The notes beneath the pieces were generated by a model that saw only the letters and a list, made by a program, of their open reading frames with translations, had not been told where the DNA came from and searched no databases. This document shows positions 21,253 to 32,342 of a stretch of 61,536 nt of DNA, one piece after another (position 1 is the first letter of the stretch; every line of letters starts with the position of its first letter). The DNA is taken from NCBI GenBank assembly GCA_029054825.1, contig JAIDEM010000116.1, positions 1-61,536 of the forward strand. Direction: 5' to 3'. The translations under genes were made by a program, and so were the position numbers. The stretch comes from Prevotella sp. (GTDB lineage: Bacteria > Bacteroidota > Bacteroidia > Bacteroidales > Bacteroidaceae).

Positions 21253-21984
21253 ATGGACAGGAACAACATCCCGCAACATATAGCAATCATCATGGACGGC
21301 AACGGCCGCTGGGCCATGGCACAGGGCAAGCCACGCACCTTCGGCCATCAGGCCGGTGTGGACACCGTGCGCCGCATAACATCGGAATGCACACGCCTCG
21401 GCGTGAAGTATCTCACGCTATACACCTTTTCCACAGAGAACTGGAACCGTCCGGAAGACGAAGTATCGGCACTCATGTCGCTTGTCATCTCCGCTCTTGA
21501 GGAACCTCTCTTCAAGCAGAACAACGTGCGTTTCCGCGTCATCGGCGACATGAATCGACTGCCCGAAAACGTGCAGGAGAAACTCAAGGGGCTCGAAGAG
21601 CGCACCGCCAGCTACGACGCCATGACCATGGTGGTGGCACTGAGCTATTCCTCCCGATGGGAAATCACCGACACCGTCAAGACCTTGGCTAAGGACGCAC
21701 GGGACGGAAAGCTGGACATCGACAGCATAACGGAGGACACTCTGACGGAAAGACTGCAGACATCATTCATGCCAGACCCTGACCTCCTGATACGCACCGG
21801 CGGAGAATTGCGCATAAGCAATTACCTGCTGTGGCAGATAGCATATACCGAACTGTATTTCTGCGACACCCTCTGGCCCGACTTCATGGAGGAAGACCTG
21901 CACAAAGCCATAGAGAGCTACCAGAAAAGACAGCGCAGATTCGGCAAGACAGAAGAGCAGGTAGAGAACGAGAAAGCAGGATAA
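21253..21984 (+). CDS. uppS: Undecaprenyl diphosphate synthase
   Basis: [46 protein letters not shown]. Confidence 0.97.
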   Translation: MDRNNIPQHIAIIMDGNGRWAMAQGKPRTFGHQAGVDTVRRITSECTRLGVKYLTLYTFSTENWNRPEDEVSALMSLVISALEEPLFKQNNVRFRVIGDMNRLPENVQEKLKGLEERTASYDAMTMVVALSYSSRWEITDTVKTLAKDARDGKLDIDSITEDTLTERLQTSFMPDPDLLIRTGGELRISNYLLWQIAYTELYFCDTLWPDFMEEDLHKAIESYQKRQRRFGKTEEQVENEKAG

Positions 21985-22148
21985 GCCGTCACGGACACAA
22001 TGCCTTTAACATCTCCAAATGAAGATTTACCAGGCAAGCCACACCATGACACGAAATTTCCGCTCCATCCTCCTTTGACGAAGACACACCCGTCGCACGA
22101 AGAAAAGGAACAGGCAAGATACAAAAAAGAAAGAAAAAAGATATATAG

Positions 22149-24773
22149 ATGAACTTCTTAAAGAGATTATTTCTACTGGCTGTAGCCGTCGCCCTATACA
22201 ATACGGCAACGCTTCACGCACAGGACAAAATCGTAAACCCAGACATCTCATACGCAGGAAATCCGCGCAGCGTGACCATCGGCGGACTCACCGTCAGCGG
22301 CATAGAGGGATATGAGGAATATATGCTCCTCGCCATATCCTCCCTTTCCGTAGGACAGCAGATAACACTCCCGGGCAGCGAAATCACCGATGCCGTAAAA
22401 CGCTATTGGAGACACGGACTGTTCTCCGAGGTAAGCATCGCCGCAGACTCCATCGTAGGCGACAGCGTATACCTCCATGTCTATCTTAAAGCACGCCCGC
22501 GCGTATCCACCATCAACTATATCGGTCTTAAAAAGTCTGAAAAGGAAGACATGGAGCAGAAGCTGGGACTGCTCAAAGGCTCACAGATCACTCCTAATAT
22601 GATAGCCCGCGCAGAGACCCTCGCCAAGAAATACTTTGACGAGAAGGGCTTCAACAATGCCGAGATATCCATCCGCCAGCGTGACGATGTCACACAGAAG
22701 AACATGGTAATCCTCGATGTGGATGTCGACAAGAAGTCGAAAATGAAAGTCCACAGCATCATCATCAACGGCAACGAGAAACTCTCCGACAGCAAGATAA
22801 AGGGCGGACTGTTCAAGAAAGGCGCGCTCGGGAAAATCAACGAGGCAGGCAAGTTCAGCACTTTCTTCAAGTCAAAGAAATATACTCCAGAGCGATACAA
22901 AGAGGCAAAGCAGTCACTCATAGACAAATACAACGAACTCGGCTACCGTGACGCCGATATCGTGACAGACAGCGTGTCACAATACGATGACAAGCATGTC
23001 GACATCTACCTCAATGTAGACGAAGGACAGAAATACTATATCCGCGATATCAAGTGGGTAGGCAATACCGTCTACAACACAGACCAGCTGCAGAATGTAC
23101 TCGGAATGAGCAAGGGAGACACCTACAACCAGAAGCTCATGCACAAGCGACTCAGCGAAGATGAGGATGCCGTCGGCAACATGTACTGGAACAACGGCTA
23201 CCTCTTCTACAATCTGCAGCCGACAGAGGTGGATATCGTAGGCGACTCCATAGACCTCGAGATGCGAATCTTCGAGGGACAGCAGGCACATCTCAACCGT
23301 GTGCGCATCAACGGCAACGACCGCGTCTACGAGAAGGTCATCCGTCGTGAGCTCCGCACAAAGCCAGGAGACCTCTTCTCCAAGGAGGCTCTGCAGCGAA
23401 CTGCACGCGAACTGGCAACGATGGGCCACTTCGACCCGGAAGCTATCAATCCGGATGTCAAGCCTAACTACGAGGACGGCACTGTGGATATCAACTGGGA
23501 CCTCGTCTCAAAGTCAAACGACCAGGTGGAGCTCTCCCTCGGATGGGGACAGACCGGTGTCATCGGACGTGTAGGATTGAAGCTCAACAACTTCTCCATG
23601 GCCAACCTCTTCAACAAGAACAAGGAGCACCGCGGCATCATGCCTATAGGCGATGGCGAGGTAATGTCCTTAGGAGCGCAGACAAACGGAACATACTACC
23701 AGTCGTATAACATCAACTACTCCACCGGCTGGTTCGGCGGGAAACGCCCCGTCTCGCTCAATGTCGGCGCGTTCTTCTCCAAGCAGACCGACGTTTCCTC
23801 CACATATTACAACAGCGGTTACTATAACAACTACTACAATTACCTCTACGGATACGGAAACAGCGGTTACTACAACAACTACGAGAACTACTACGACCCT
23901 GACAAGTACATACAGCTCTTCGGTGCAAGCATAGGCTGGGGAAAGCGTCTCAGCTGGCCTGACGACTACTTCCAGCTGTCACTCTCGCTGGCATATACAC
24001 GCTATATGCTGAGAAACTGGAACTACTTCCTCATCACAACCGGCAACTGCAACAACCTCAACCTCAGCGTCGCGCTGACAAGACACTCTGTAGACAACCA
24101 GCTGTTCCCGCGAAAAGGTTCCGAGTTCGAGCTTTCTCTCTCCATCACTCCGCCATGGTCTTCATTCGATGGAAAGGACTACAAGAACCTCGCCAACAAC
24201 TACCAGTCTGCCACTTATCAGAAAGAGCAGCAGGAAAAATACAGATGGATCGAGTACCACAAGTGGAAGTTTAAGTCGAAGACATACACCGCACTCACCA
24301 GCGGACAGAAATGTCTCGTCCTAATGACCCGCGTAGAGTTCGGCATCCTCGGCCATTTCAACAAGTACAAGAAATCTCCTTTCGAGACATTCTACATGGG
24401 TGGCGACGGCATGTCTGGCTACTCCACTACCTATGCAGAAGAGACCATCGGTCTCCGCGGCTACGAGAACGGTTCGCTCACTCCTAACGGAGCCTCCGGA
24501 TACGCATACGACCGCTTCGCTGTCGAGCTCCGCTATCCGTTCCTCCTCGGCAACACGACCATCTACGGACTGGCATTCGCGGAAGCCGGCAACGCCTGGA
24601 GCGACACGAAAGACCTCAACCCGTTTGAGATGAAGCGCTCAGCAGGAGCAGGTGGCCGCATCTTCCTCCCTATGGTGGGTCTGATGGGTATCGACTGGGC
24701 ATACGGCTTCGACAAGGTCTACGGCACAAAGGGCGGTTCACAGTTCCACTTCATCCTCGGTCAGGAGTTCTAA
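22149..24773 (+). CDS. bamA: Outer membrane protein assembly factor BamA
   Basis: POTRA-like repeats, LRGY motif (IGLRGYENG), C-terminal FHFILGQEF. Confidence 0.95.
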   Translation: MNFLKRLFLLAVAVALYNTATLHAQDKIVNPDISYAGNPRSVTIGGLTVSGIEGYEEYMLLAISSLSVGQQITLPGSEITDAVKRYWRHGLFSEVSIAADSIVGDSVYLHVYLKARPRVSTINYIGLKKSEKEDMEQKLGLLKGSQITPNMIARAETLAKKYFDEKGFNNAEISIRQRDDVTQKNMVILDVDVDKKSKMKVHSIIINGNEKLSDSKIKGGLFKKGALGKINEAGKFSTFFKSKKYTPERYKEAKQSLIDKYNELGYRDADIVTDSVSQYDDKHVDIYLNVDEGQKYYIRDIKWVGNTVYNTDQLQNVLGMSKGDTYNQKLMHKRLSEDEDAVGNMYWNNGYLFYNLQPTEVDIVGDSIDLEMRIFEGQQAHLNRVRINGNDRVYEKVIRRELRTKPGDLFSKEALQRTARELATMGHFDPEAINPDVKPNYEDGTVDINWDLVSKSNDQVELSLGWGQTGVIGRVGLKLNNFSMANLFNKNKEHRGIMPIGDGEVMSLGAQTNGTYYQSYNINYSTGWFGGKRPVSLNVGAFFSKQTDVSSTYYNSGYYNNYYNYLYGYGNSGYYNNYENYYDPDKYIQLFGASIGWGKRLSWPDDYFQLSLSLAYTRYMLRNWNYFLITTGNCNNLNLSVALTRHSVDNQLFPRKGSEFELSLSITPPWSSFDGKDYKNLANNYQSATYQKEQQEKYRWIEYHKWKFKSKTYTALTSGQKCLVLMTRVEFGILGHFNKYKKSPFETFYMGGDGMSGYSTTYAEETIGLRGYENGSLTPNGASGYAYDRFAVELRYPFLLGNTTIYGLAFAEAGNAWSDTKDLNPFEMKRSAGAGGRIFLPMVGLMGIDWAYGFDKVYGTKGGSQFHFILGQEF

Positions 24774-24968
24774 GCCGCCGCTCCGTGGGCATGGAAACGG
24801 AAGACGCTGCCACACATAATGTTCAGCGTTCCCACAGAGAATAGTGATTTCCCCATACATATCGAGGAAAATTCCCCTGCCGGTTCAGCCACAGAATGCT
24901 TACCTTTGCCATCGGGAAAAGAGAATCCTTCGCCCGTAAACAAACAGCATAAAAACAAAGCAACGATT

Positions 24969-25478
24969 ATGAAAAAGACCCTTTTAACACTCGCATTGCT
25001 GCTCACATCGCTGGCGATGTCAGCACAGAAATACGCCCTGCTCGACATGGAGTATATCCTCAAGAACGTCCCTGCCTATGAGCGCGCCAACGAGCAGCTG
25101 GCACAAGTGAGCAAGAAATGGCAGGCAGAGGTGGAGGCCATCAATACAGAAGCGGCGACACTCTACAAGAACTATCAGAACGAAGTCGTCTTCCTCTCTC
25201 AGGAACAGAAGAAATCCCGTCAGGAAGCCATTATGAACAAGGAGCGTGAGGCCGCCGACCTGAAGAAGAAATACTTCGGACCGGAAGGCGAACTCTTCAA
25301 AAAGCGCGAGGCCCTCATGACACCTATCCAGGACGAGATATACAATACCGTAAAGGAAATCGCGGAGCTCCGCGGATATTCGATGGTCATCGACCGTTCC
25401 GCCGACAACGGAATAATCTACGGCTCGCCACGAGTCGACATCTCCAACGAGGTGCTGCAGAAGCTCGGATACCAGTAG
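24969..25478 (+). CDS. skp: OmpH/Skp periplasmic chaperone (1)
   Basis: Signal peptide from ATG 24969, coiled coil, DISNEVL tail; own -7 box TACCTTTG at 24901. Confidence 0.9.
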   Translation: MKKTLLTLALLLTSLAMSAQKYALLDMEYILKNVPAYERANEQLAQVSKKWQAEVEAINTEAATLYKNYQNEVVFLSQEQKKSRQEAIMNKEREAADLKKKYFGPEGELFKKREALMTPIQDEIYNTVKEIAELRGYSMVIDRSADNGIIYGSPRVDISNEVLQKLGYQ

Positions 25479-25670
25479 TTTGGTTTATGGTTGCGGGTTT
25501 TAGGTTGAAGGTTTTAAGCTAAACGCCGAATGAAACGACATGAAACGGTTAGAGGAGTTTAGGTTTCAGGCGGGAGGTTTAAGGTTTTCCACGAGACAGG
25601 AGACCGCCAGTCATCAGTCCGCGAGCCGTTCACGACAAGCATATCGATAACAATAAAACTATAAAAGACA

Positions 25671-26177
25671 ATGAAAAAGATCATCATCATGCTGATGGCA
25701 ATATTGCCAATGGCAGCAATGGCCCAGAACGCCAAGTTCGGTCACATCGACACACAGTCCATCATGCAGTCCATGCCTGAGTTCATCAAGGCACGCGGCG
25801 AACTCGAGGCAGAGCAGAAGCAGTACGAGAACGAGCTTCAGGAGATGCAGAAAGAGCTTCAGTCCAAGGCCGAGAAGTACGAGAAGGAAAAGGCTACCAT
25901 GAACGCTACCATGCAGCAGTCCACAGAGCAGTCTCTCCAGGAGATGTACACAAAGATACAGCAGGCTTACCAGGACAACCAGCAGAAGATACAGCAGGCA
26001 AGCCAGGAGAAGCTCCAGCCTATCTCAACAAAGATACAGAACGCCATCAAGGCTGTCGGCAAGGCCGGCAACTACGTCTATATCATGGACATCTCTGCCG
26101 GCATCCCTTACATCAGCGAGACCCTCAGCAAGGACGTTTCCGCTGACGTGAAGGCAGAGCTCAACAAGATGAAGTAA
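25671..26177 (+). CDS. skp: OmpH/Skp periplasmic chaperone (2)
   Basis: Signal peptide, KFGHIDTQSI, Q/E-rich coiled coil, YVYIMD. Confidence 0.9.
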   Translation: MKKIIIMLMAILPMAAMAQNAKFGHIDTQSIMQSMPEFIKARGELEAEQKQYENELQEMQKELQSKAEKYEKEKATMNATMQQSTEQSLQEMYTKIQQAYQDNQQKIQQASQEKLQPISTKIQNAIKAVGKAGNYVYIMDISAGIPYISETLSKDVSADVKAELNKMK

Positions 26178-26186
26178 ACACATCCG

Positions 26187-26239
26187 CGCACCTGTTGCCA
26201 TGTATTCTGCGACCATACGGCAACAGGTGCGTCTTTTTT
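26187..26239 (+). terminator. Intrinsic terminator after skp2
   Basis: cgcacctgttgcc...ggcaacaggtgcg followed by tctttttt. Confidence 0.7.
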
Positions 26240-26309
26240 CATGCAGCAATCCAGGTCACTTACTCATCATCCCCATACGGCAGTCATGCCGAAACAAGAA
26301 TCCCATATC

Positions 26310-26816
26310 ATGAAAAGACTTACCTTTCTCCTTATCCTCCTCGCCACATTGTCCATCCCAGCCTCGGCACAGATGAAAGTCGGCTATTTCAGTTATGACG
26401 CCGCCATGAAGGCAATGCCCGAATATCAGGCATCGCTCGACACACTGCAGACCATCCGCAGCCAATACGAGAACGAGGCAAGACGGGCGGAAGAGGAGTT
26501 CAACACCAAGTATGAGGAATTTCTCGACAGCTATGACCGCCTTGCCACCAGCATACGGCGCAAGAGACAGTCAGAGATGCAGCAACTGCTGGAGTCAAAC
26601 GTCAAGTTCCGCGAGGAGACACGCCGCCTCATACAGCAGGCAGAGGAAAAAGCCATGACATCCCTGCGCATGAAACTCAACGAGAAAGTGCGCCTCGTGG
26701 CACAGAAACACGGCTTCAACCTCATACTCAACACCGACGACAACGCCTGCCCGTACATAGACCCTATGCTCGGAGAAGACATCAGTGCACTGCTCTCGGA
26801 GAAGAGCATGCCATAA
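26310..26816 (+). CDS. OmpH/Skp family protein (3)
   Basis: Signal peptide from ATG 26310, KVGYFSYD, MPEY, ILNTD..CPYIDP..GEDIS. Confidence 0.85.
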   Translation: MKRLTFLLILLATLSIPASAQMKVGYFSYDAAMKAMPEYQASLDTLQTIRSQYENEARRAEEEFNTKYEEFLDSYDRLATSIRRKRQSEMQQLLESNVKFREETRRLIQQAEEKAMTSLRMKLNEKVRLVAQKHGFNLILNTDDNACPYIDPMLGEDISALLSEKSMP

Positions 26817-26953
26817 CATCAGCGTGCGACATACGTCACAACGCATATCCGCCTTCCCTCTCCCGTAAGGCAGACATCCGGCGGCTACATGAAGTATGAC
26901 CGCCTCTCACGGCAGAGCAAAGGATATACCATCATTCATATGCCAAACAGCAG

Positions 26954-27802
26954 ATGAGCCCAATAGGAATTTTCGATTCAGGTTACGGAGGACTTACCAT
27001 CTTGCAGAAACTCCAGGAGCGTCTGCCACAGTACGACTACCTCTATTTAGGCGACAACGCGCGTGCCCCATACGGCTCGCGCTCTTTTGATGTCGTCTAC
27101 GAATTCACACGGCAGGCCGTGCTGAAACTCTTCGATCTCGGATGCCAGCTTGTCATCCTCGGATGCAACACCGCCTCTGCCAAGGCCCTCCGTACCATAC
27201 AGCAGAACGACCTCATAGCCTACAACCTCACACACCACGCTCCCGGCGAGCCCCAGGGTCATCGCCGTGTGCTCGGCGTCATACGCCCTACGGTAGAGCA
27301 TGTCGGCAATATCACCGTGTCGCGCCATATAGGATATGTCGCCACAGAAGGCACGGTACGCTCAGACAGCTACGAACTGGAGATGGCAAAATTCTTCCCG
27401 GATGTCAAGGTCACAGGCCAGGCATGTCCCCTTTGGGCAGCCATCGTCGAGGCCAACGAGGCAGACAGCGACGGCGCAGACTTCTTCGTTAAGAAACGCA
27501 TCACGCAACTGCTCACCAAAGATTCCGAGATAGACACCATACTCCTCGGCTGTACACACTATCCGCTGCTCATGCGCTCCCTGCAGAAAGCTGTGCCAGA
27601 GGGTATCGATATCATACCGCAGGGCGACATCATCGTCGACAGCCTCGCCGACTATTTCCGTCGCCATCCCGATATGGACAGCCGCTGTTCAAAGGGCGGA
27701 AACACACGGTACCTCACTACAGAGAATCCCGAAAGATTCCAGGAATGCGCAAAAATCTTTCTGCACCACAATATTGAAGTGGAGCATATTGACCTCGCAT
27801 AG
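26954..27802 (+). CDS. murI: Glutamate racemase
   Basis: PIGIFDSGYGGLT, LGCNTASA, LGCTHYP. Confidence 0.97.
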   Translation: MSPIGIFDSGYGGLTILQKLQERLPQYDYLYLGDNARAPYGSRSFDVVYEFTRQAVLKLFDLGCQLVILGCNTASAKALRTIQQNDLIAYNLTHHAPGEPQGHRRVLGVIRPTVEHVGNITVSRHIGYVATEGTVRSDSYELEMAKFFPDVKVTGQACPLWAAIVEANEADSDGADFFVKKRITQLLTKDSEIDTILLGCTHYPLLMRSLQKAVPEGIDIIPQGDIIVDSLADYFRRHPDMDSRCSKGGNTRYLTTENPERFQECAKIFLHHNIEVEHIDLA

Positions 27803-27863
27803 CCACAAGATATATATCATATAAATACCATATATATATCACATAGCCACAAGATATATATCA
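27798..27863. repeat. 22-bp tandem units (CATAGCCACAAGATATATATCA x2 with a related middle unit), in register with array 3
   Basis: Identical 22-mers at 27798 and 27842. Confidence 0.8.
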
Positions 27864-27885
27864 CACCGTCACGCCCCGTTTTTCC

Positions 27886-27964
27886 GAAGGTTACCTTTCA
27901 TCGGACAAAAGGTTACCTTTCATCATATAAAACGTCACCTTTCACCATGCAAAAGGTGACCCTC
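27886..27964. repeat. 22-bp-period array of 4 palindromes AARGGTNACCYTT (array 3)
   Basis: Cores at 27889, 27911, 27933, 27955; degenerate in-register CGTCAC at 27867 and 27977. Confidence 0.9.
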
Positions 27965-28092
27965 TGCAAACAGCTTCGTCACACACCGCTCCAGCGCATC
28001 ACGCCATTGCCTCATACAAGACATGCATATACTGTGATTTCTGAAGAAGGAATCCTCTCGTAAAACAAACTCACACCATTAAAAAGACTCCC

Positions 28093-28707
28093 ATGAAAAT
28101 CGAAGAAAAAGCAAACACAATAACCCACCTTCTCGGCGCGGTCTTCGCCCTTACCTGCATCTGGACCGTATGGCCAGCAACGGAAAAAGGCTGGCAGATG
28201 GCCATGGGCGTCATATTCTTCATCGCCGGAATGTTTCTCATGTTCCTCTCCAGCACCGTATACCACTGCCTCCCGAAAGGCAAGGCTAAGGACACGATGC
28301 GCAAATGCGACCATATCAGCATCTATGTGATGATAGCCTGCTCCTACACCCCTATCTGCATAGGAGTAGTCGGAGGATACATCGGATGGGGATTCTTCGC
28401 CTTCCAGTGGCTTGTGGTCCTCCTCGGGACAGTATACAAGATAGTCGCCATCAACCGCTGGCCGCGCCTCTCCCTCGCCATCTACCTCACCATGGGGTGG
28501 AGTGTGCTCTTCATTGCCCCTGCAGCCTATGCCAGCCTTTCCACTCTCTCCCTTCTGCTGGTGCTGTCGGAAGGCATATTCTATACGGCAGGGACATACT
28601 TCTTCTCACACGACAGCCATCCCGGATACCATGCCGTATGGCATATCTTCGTGCTCCTTGGCGCCGTAGCCCACTGGTCTGCCGTCCTCAGCATCATCAT
28701 CAGCTGA
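28093..28707 (+). CDS. Hemolysin III / PAQR family membrane protein
   Basis: EEKANTITH, SSTVYH, DHISIYVMIACSYTP, HAVWHIFV. Confidence 0.92.
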   Translation: MKIEEKANTITHLLGAVFALTCIWTVWPATEKGWQMAMGVIFFIAGMFLMFLSSTVYHCLPKGKAKDTMRKCDHISIYVMIACSYTPICIGVVGGYIGWGFFAFQWLVVLLGTVYKIVAINRWPRLSLAIYLTMGWSVLFIAPAAYASLSTLSLLLVLSEGIFYTAGTYFFSHDSHPGYHAVWHIFVLLGAVAHWSAVLSIIIS

Positions 28708-28709
28708 CA

Positions 28710-30173
28710 CTACCGCCTGCCGGGCTTCCTTCCGGCGTTGCGCCTGCGTATCTTCCAGCCAGACCACAGCACAACCACCGACAGTATGCCTGCCACAAAG
28801 ATATACGCCAAGACCTCCGCACCGCAGAGGAAAGTGTATATGCGGCCAGTATGAACCTCCAGCGCCAGTTGCCAGACAGACATCGGGAGCCCTGAGAAGC
28901 GTGACGGCTGAGGGATGGCTTCCGTACCTTCATACCATGTGGTGAAGAACCCTCCGCAGGCGAAATTCCTCGAATATCCTGCCACGGCGAGTTTCCCGAA
29001 GGGTGCTCCCGAGGTATTCTCTGCAGGCTTTCCCGTCACGGCATCGACGGAAGTGCCTCTTTCACGATTCCAGCGGTACATCCCCGAGAACGAGCCTGCC
29101 AGCCATTCACCGTTCTCCCTCTCAAGGACATTGAGCCCCATGACGCTCACCGGCGGGGCTTTCTCCTCACGGACAGGCACATCATCGAGGTCTTCCATCG
29201 AGAAGAATCCCTCTGATGTAGACACCAGCCAGTCACCCTCCGCCCTGTCCCAGCGTATCATGCGCAACTTGTCGTGCCACGCGTTGCCGCTGTCAAGGCA
29301 GGAATACGGTACGGCTGGGATGCCGCATTTCACGAGCGCGATGAGCAACGGCGGACGCAAAGCCCAACCGGTAAGACACAAAAGCAGCGTCACGACTATC
29401 GTCTTCCGTCCCAGCAGCTCATGGTATCTGTATGCCACACGGAACACCGCAGGCATCCTCCCGTGGCTGGAAAGCCAGATGACTATGCCCGAAAGGCAGA
29501 AGAATATCATCAATATCCCCAGGATGTCCACGACGACCTTGCCCGGCACGCCGAACAGTTCGCCGCTGTGCAACAGCAGTACCGTGCGGAACAGCGACAC
29601 CTTTCCGTCATATCCATCAGGCGCTTTCAGCTCATGCCCCTCAAAACATGTGTACGGCGGTACTGCCGTGTACACCTTGCTGCGCGAGAGCACGACAAGC
29701 GTGTCGCCCTTAACGGTCATGTCCGTGCCCCTGTCTCCACTGCCGAAAGGTGCGGGAATCCCGCTCCAGCGGCCGTTATCGAGGCGGTAGACATTGAACG
29801 GCGACATGGCAAACAGCGTTCCTGACGGGGTCTTGACTACGGCACGTATATTCCTTGCATCGGCACCTTCGGGCATTCCTGCCGAGAAATCGCGGAAAGA
29901 CTCTGCCGTACTGTCCGTGGCAAATATCCCTCCAGCACCATACACGAGGACACTGTCCCCTACTGCCAGCGTTCCGCGAAGCAGTCCGTTGTTCCATCTC
30001 TCAAAGCGGAACGACTCAGGCAGACAGTTTCTGCTGACATTCATATTGCCATACCAGTGGCGATGGTTAAGCACTATGCCCGAGACGGCGAACATCAGCA
30101 TAAAGAAACAAAACGCTATGCCAAGCCATTTATGGCATTTTCTCCAACTGCTTTTCTTCATTTTCATATCCAT
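28710..30173 (-). CDS. PepSY-associated TM helix domain protein
   Basis: WRKCHKWLG, SGIVLNH, LHSGELFG, VHTGRIY His motifs. Confidence 0.85.
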   Translation of the reverse strand: MDMKMKKSSWRKCHKWLGIAFCFFMLMFAVSGIVLNHRHWYGNMNVSRNCLPESFRFERWNNGLLRGTLAVGDSVLVYGAGGIFATDSTAESFRDFSAGMPEGADARNIRAVVKTPSGTLFAMSPFNVYRLDNGRWSGIPAPFGSGDRGTDMTVKGDTLVVLSRSKVYTAVPPYTCFEGHELKAPDGYDGKVSLFRTVLLLHSGELFGVPGKVVVDILGILMIFFCLSGIVIWLSSHGRMPAVFRVAYRYHELLGRKTIVVTLLLCLTGWALRPPLLIALVKCGIPAVPYSCLDSGNAWHDKLRMIRWDRAEGDWLVSTSEGFFSMEDLDDVPVREEKAPPVSVMGLNVLERENGEWLAGSFSGMYRWNRERGTSVDAVTGKPAENTSGAPFGKLAVAGYSRNFACGGFFTTWYEGTEAIPQPSRFSGLPMSVWQLALEVHTGRIYTFLCGAEVLAYIFVAGILSVVVLWSGWKIRRRNAGRKPGRR

Positions 30174-30270
30174 GTATCATGTTTACACAGCCACAACGGC
30201 AAAAGACGCAGGCCCAGCGGCAGCGCCCCTGTCCCTGTCATAAGACCCTCCCGTTACGGCAGAAGCAGTG

Positions 30271-30353
30271 CAAAGGTAGCGACATTTCATGATATGTACA
30301 ATACTTAAAAACAAGTATTTGTTGCTTTTATTCGTTTTTTCTTTGTAACTTTG
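30271..30353. promoter_or_regulatory. Divergent -7 promoter boxes (PepSY gene / helicase)
   Basis: TACCTTTG on - strand (30271-30278); TAACTTTG on + strand (30346-30353). Confidence 0.6.
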
Positions 30354-30479
30354 CACCGTCATCACCTGCCGACGACAGCAGGACGACAGGCCTAAGACTG
30401 GAGACGGCGACAAAAACCGCAGACATCAGCTTGCAGAGACGCTCCGGCAAGGCCTCACATCATAACAAGACAATAGCAC

Positions 30480-32342
30480 GTGAGTTACACAAACCCTATA
30501 CTTGAACTTGAAAAACAGAAGCGGCTCCTCCAACTGGAGTATGAGGCGGAACGGGAAGCGTTCCGCCAGCAGACGGAGGCGCAGGGCATAGGACGGAAGA
30601 TGAAACGCGGAGAGGCCTGGTGGCCGCTGCAGACAGGAAAGGCTTACTACAACTCGCTGAACCAGTATTGCATCGAGGTCTTCCGCAAGAAGGAGGACGA
30701 TACGGAGCATAATTTCGAGTACGGACGCCCTGTCTGCTTCTTCACGCTCGACGCCGACAAGCCTTCATATCTGCCTTTCACCGCGACAGTATCCTTCGTA
30801 GACGGAGACCGCATGGTCATTTCGCTCAACGATGAGAGACATGCCGCCGAACTCCTGGGCAGGGATGGTCTCGGCGTGCAACTGAGTTTCGATGAGACAA
30901 GCTACCGTACCATGGCCGATGCCCTCGACCGTGTCATCCATGGAAAAGGCAACCGCCTGACATATCTCCGCGACCTATTCTACACGGACATGCCGGCACA
31001 GAAGTTCAAGTTCGAGAAGATACGCCTCCCATGGCTCAACCCTACACAGGAGAAGGCCGTCAACGAGGTGCTCACGGCAAAGGATGTGGCTATCGTCCAC
31101 GGACCTCCAGGAACAGGAAAGACCACAACGCTCGTGGAGGCTGTCTTCGAATGCCTGCGCAAGGAAAGTCAGGTGCTCATCTGTGCGCAGAGTAATATGG
31201 CAGTAGACTGGATTGCCGAGAAGCTCGCAGACAGGGGTGTACCGGTCATGAGGATAGGAAACCCGACGCGTGTGAACGACAAGATGCTGTCTTTCACATA
31301 CGAGAGACAATTTGAGAACCATCCCGACTACGACCAGCTGTGGGCGATACGCAAGGCTATAAGGGAACTCCGCGCTGGCAGAAAGCGCGGCGACCGCTCC
31401 TTCCATCAGAAGATGGACAGACTGAAGTCGCGTGCCACAGAACTGGAGATGCGTATCCGGCAGCAGCTTTTCGGAGAGGCTCGCGTGATAGCCTGCACGC
31501 TCGTCGGCAGCGCCAGCAGGCTCCTCGAAGGGCAAAGGTTCGGCACGCTCTTCATAGACGAGGCGGCACAGGCTCTCGAGGCGGCATGCTGGATACCTAT
31601 CCGCAAGGCTACGCGCGTGGTGTTTGCAGGCGACCATTGCCAGCTTCCGCCGACAGTTAAGAGCCCAGAGGCCATGAAGGGCGGACTGGGCGTGACGCTC
31701 ATGGAGCGTATCGTGAGAAACAAGCCCGAGGTTGTAACGCTCCTGAAAGTGCAATACCGCATGAACGAGGAGATAATGAAGTTCTCCTCCGACTGGTTCT
31801 ATCATGGGCAGGTGGAGTCTGCGCCGGAAGTCAGGAACCGCTCCGTACTCGATTTCGACATCCCGATGCTGTGGATAGACACGGCAGACATGGCTTGCCA
31901 TGAGGAGTTTGTAGGGGAAAGCTACGGCAGGGTCAACAAGACGGAGGCCCGGCTGACACTCGCTGCCCTGCAACTGTACTTCGACAAGATAGGCAAGGAG
32001 CGCATACTGAGCGAGAAAATCGATGCCGGCATCATCTCGCCTTACCGTGCACAGGTGCAGTATCTCCGTCAACTGCTCCGCAACGAACCGTATTTTAAGC
32101 CCTATCGCCACCTCGTCAGCGTGAACACCGTGGACGGTTTTCAGGGGCAGGAGCGCGATGTCGTGCTCATCTCCCTCGTCCGCGCCAACGATGAGGGTCA
32201 GATCGGATTCCTCCGCGACCTGCGGCGAATGAATGTGGCGATAACGCGTGCAAGAATGAAACTCATTATTCTCGGTGATGCTCCTACCATGACACGCCAC
32301 CCTTTCTACAAGAAACTATATGAATATATTGACAATCTCTGA
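30480..32342 (+). CDS. SF1 helicase, DNA2/NAM7 (IGHMBP2/Upf1-like) family
   Basis: GPPGTGKTT, FIDEAAQ, GDHCQLPP, QYRM, TVDGFQGQE, RRMNVAITRAR. Confidence 0.92.
   Translation: MSYTNPILELEKQKRLLQLEYEAEREAFRQQTEAQGIGRKMKRGEAWWPLQTGKAYYNSLNQYCIEVFRKKEDDTEHNFEYGRPVCFFTLDADKPSYLPFTATVSFVDGDRMVISLNDERHAAELLGRDGLGVQLSFDETSYRTMADALDRVIHGKGNRLTYLRDLFYTDMPAQKFKFEKIRLPWLNPTQEKAVNEVLTAKDVAIVHGPPGTGKTTTLVEAVFECLRKESQVLICAQSNMAVDWIAEKLADRGVPVMRIGNPTRVNDKMLSFTYERQFENHPDYDQLWAIRKAIRELRAGRKRGDRSFHQKMDRLKSRATELEMRIRQQLFGEARVIACTLVGSASRLLEGQRFGTLFIDEAAQALEAACWIPIRKATRVVFAGDHCQLPPTVKSPEAMKGGLGVTLMERIVRNKPEVVTLLKVQYRMNEEIMKFSSDWFYHGQVESAPEVRNRSVLDFDIPMLWIDTADMACHEEFVGESYGRVNKTEARLTLAALQLYFDKIGKERILSEKIDAGIISPYRAQVQYLRQLLRNEPYFKPYRHLVSVNTVDGFQGQERDVVLISLVRANDEGQIGFLRDLRRMNVAITRARMKLIILGDAPTMTRHPFYKKLYEYIDNL

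Noticed and set aside
23811-23882. Duplicated NSGYYNNY segment in BamA
   Set aside because: Low-complexity Tyr/Asn loop within an otherwise ordinary gene; nothing suggests a separate function
30175-30480. Possible cobalamin riboswitch near the PepSY and BtuD-like genes
   Set aside because: No B12-box or AGGGAA/GCCACTG-type conserved elements visible on either strand
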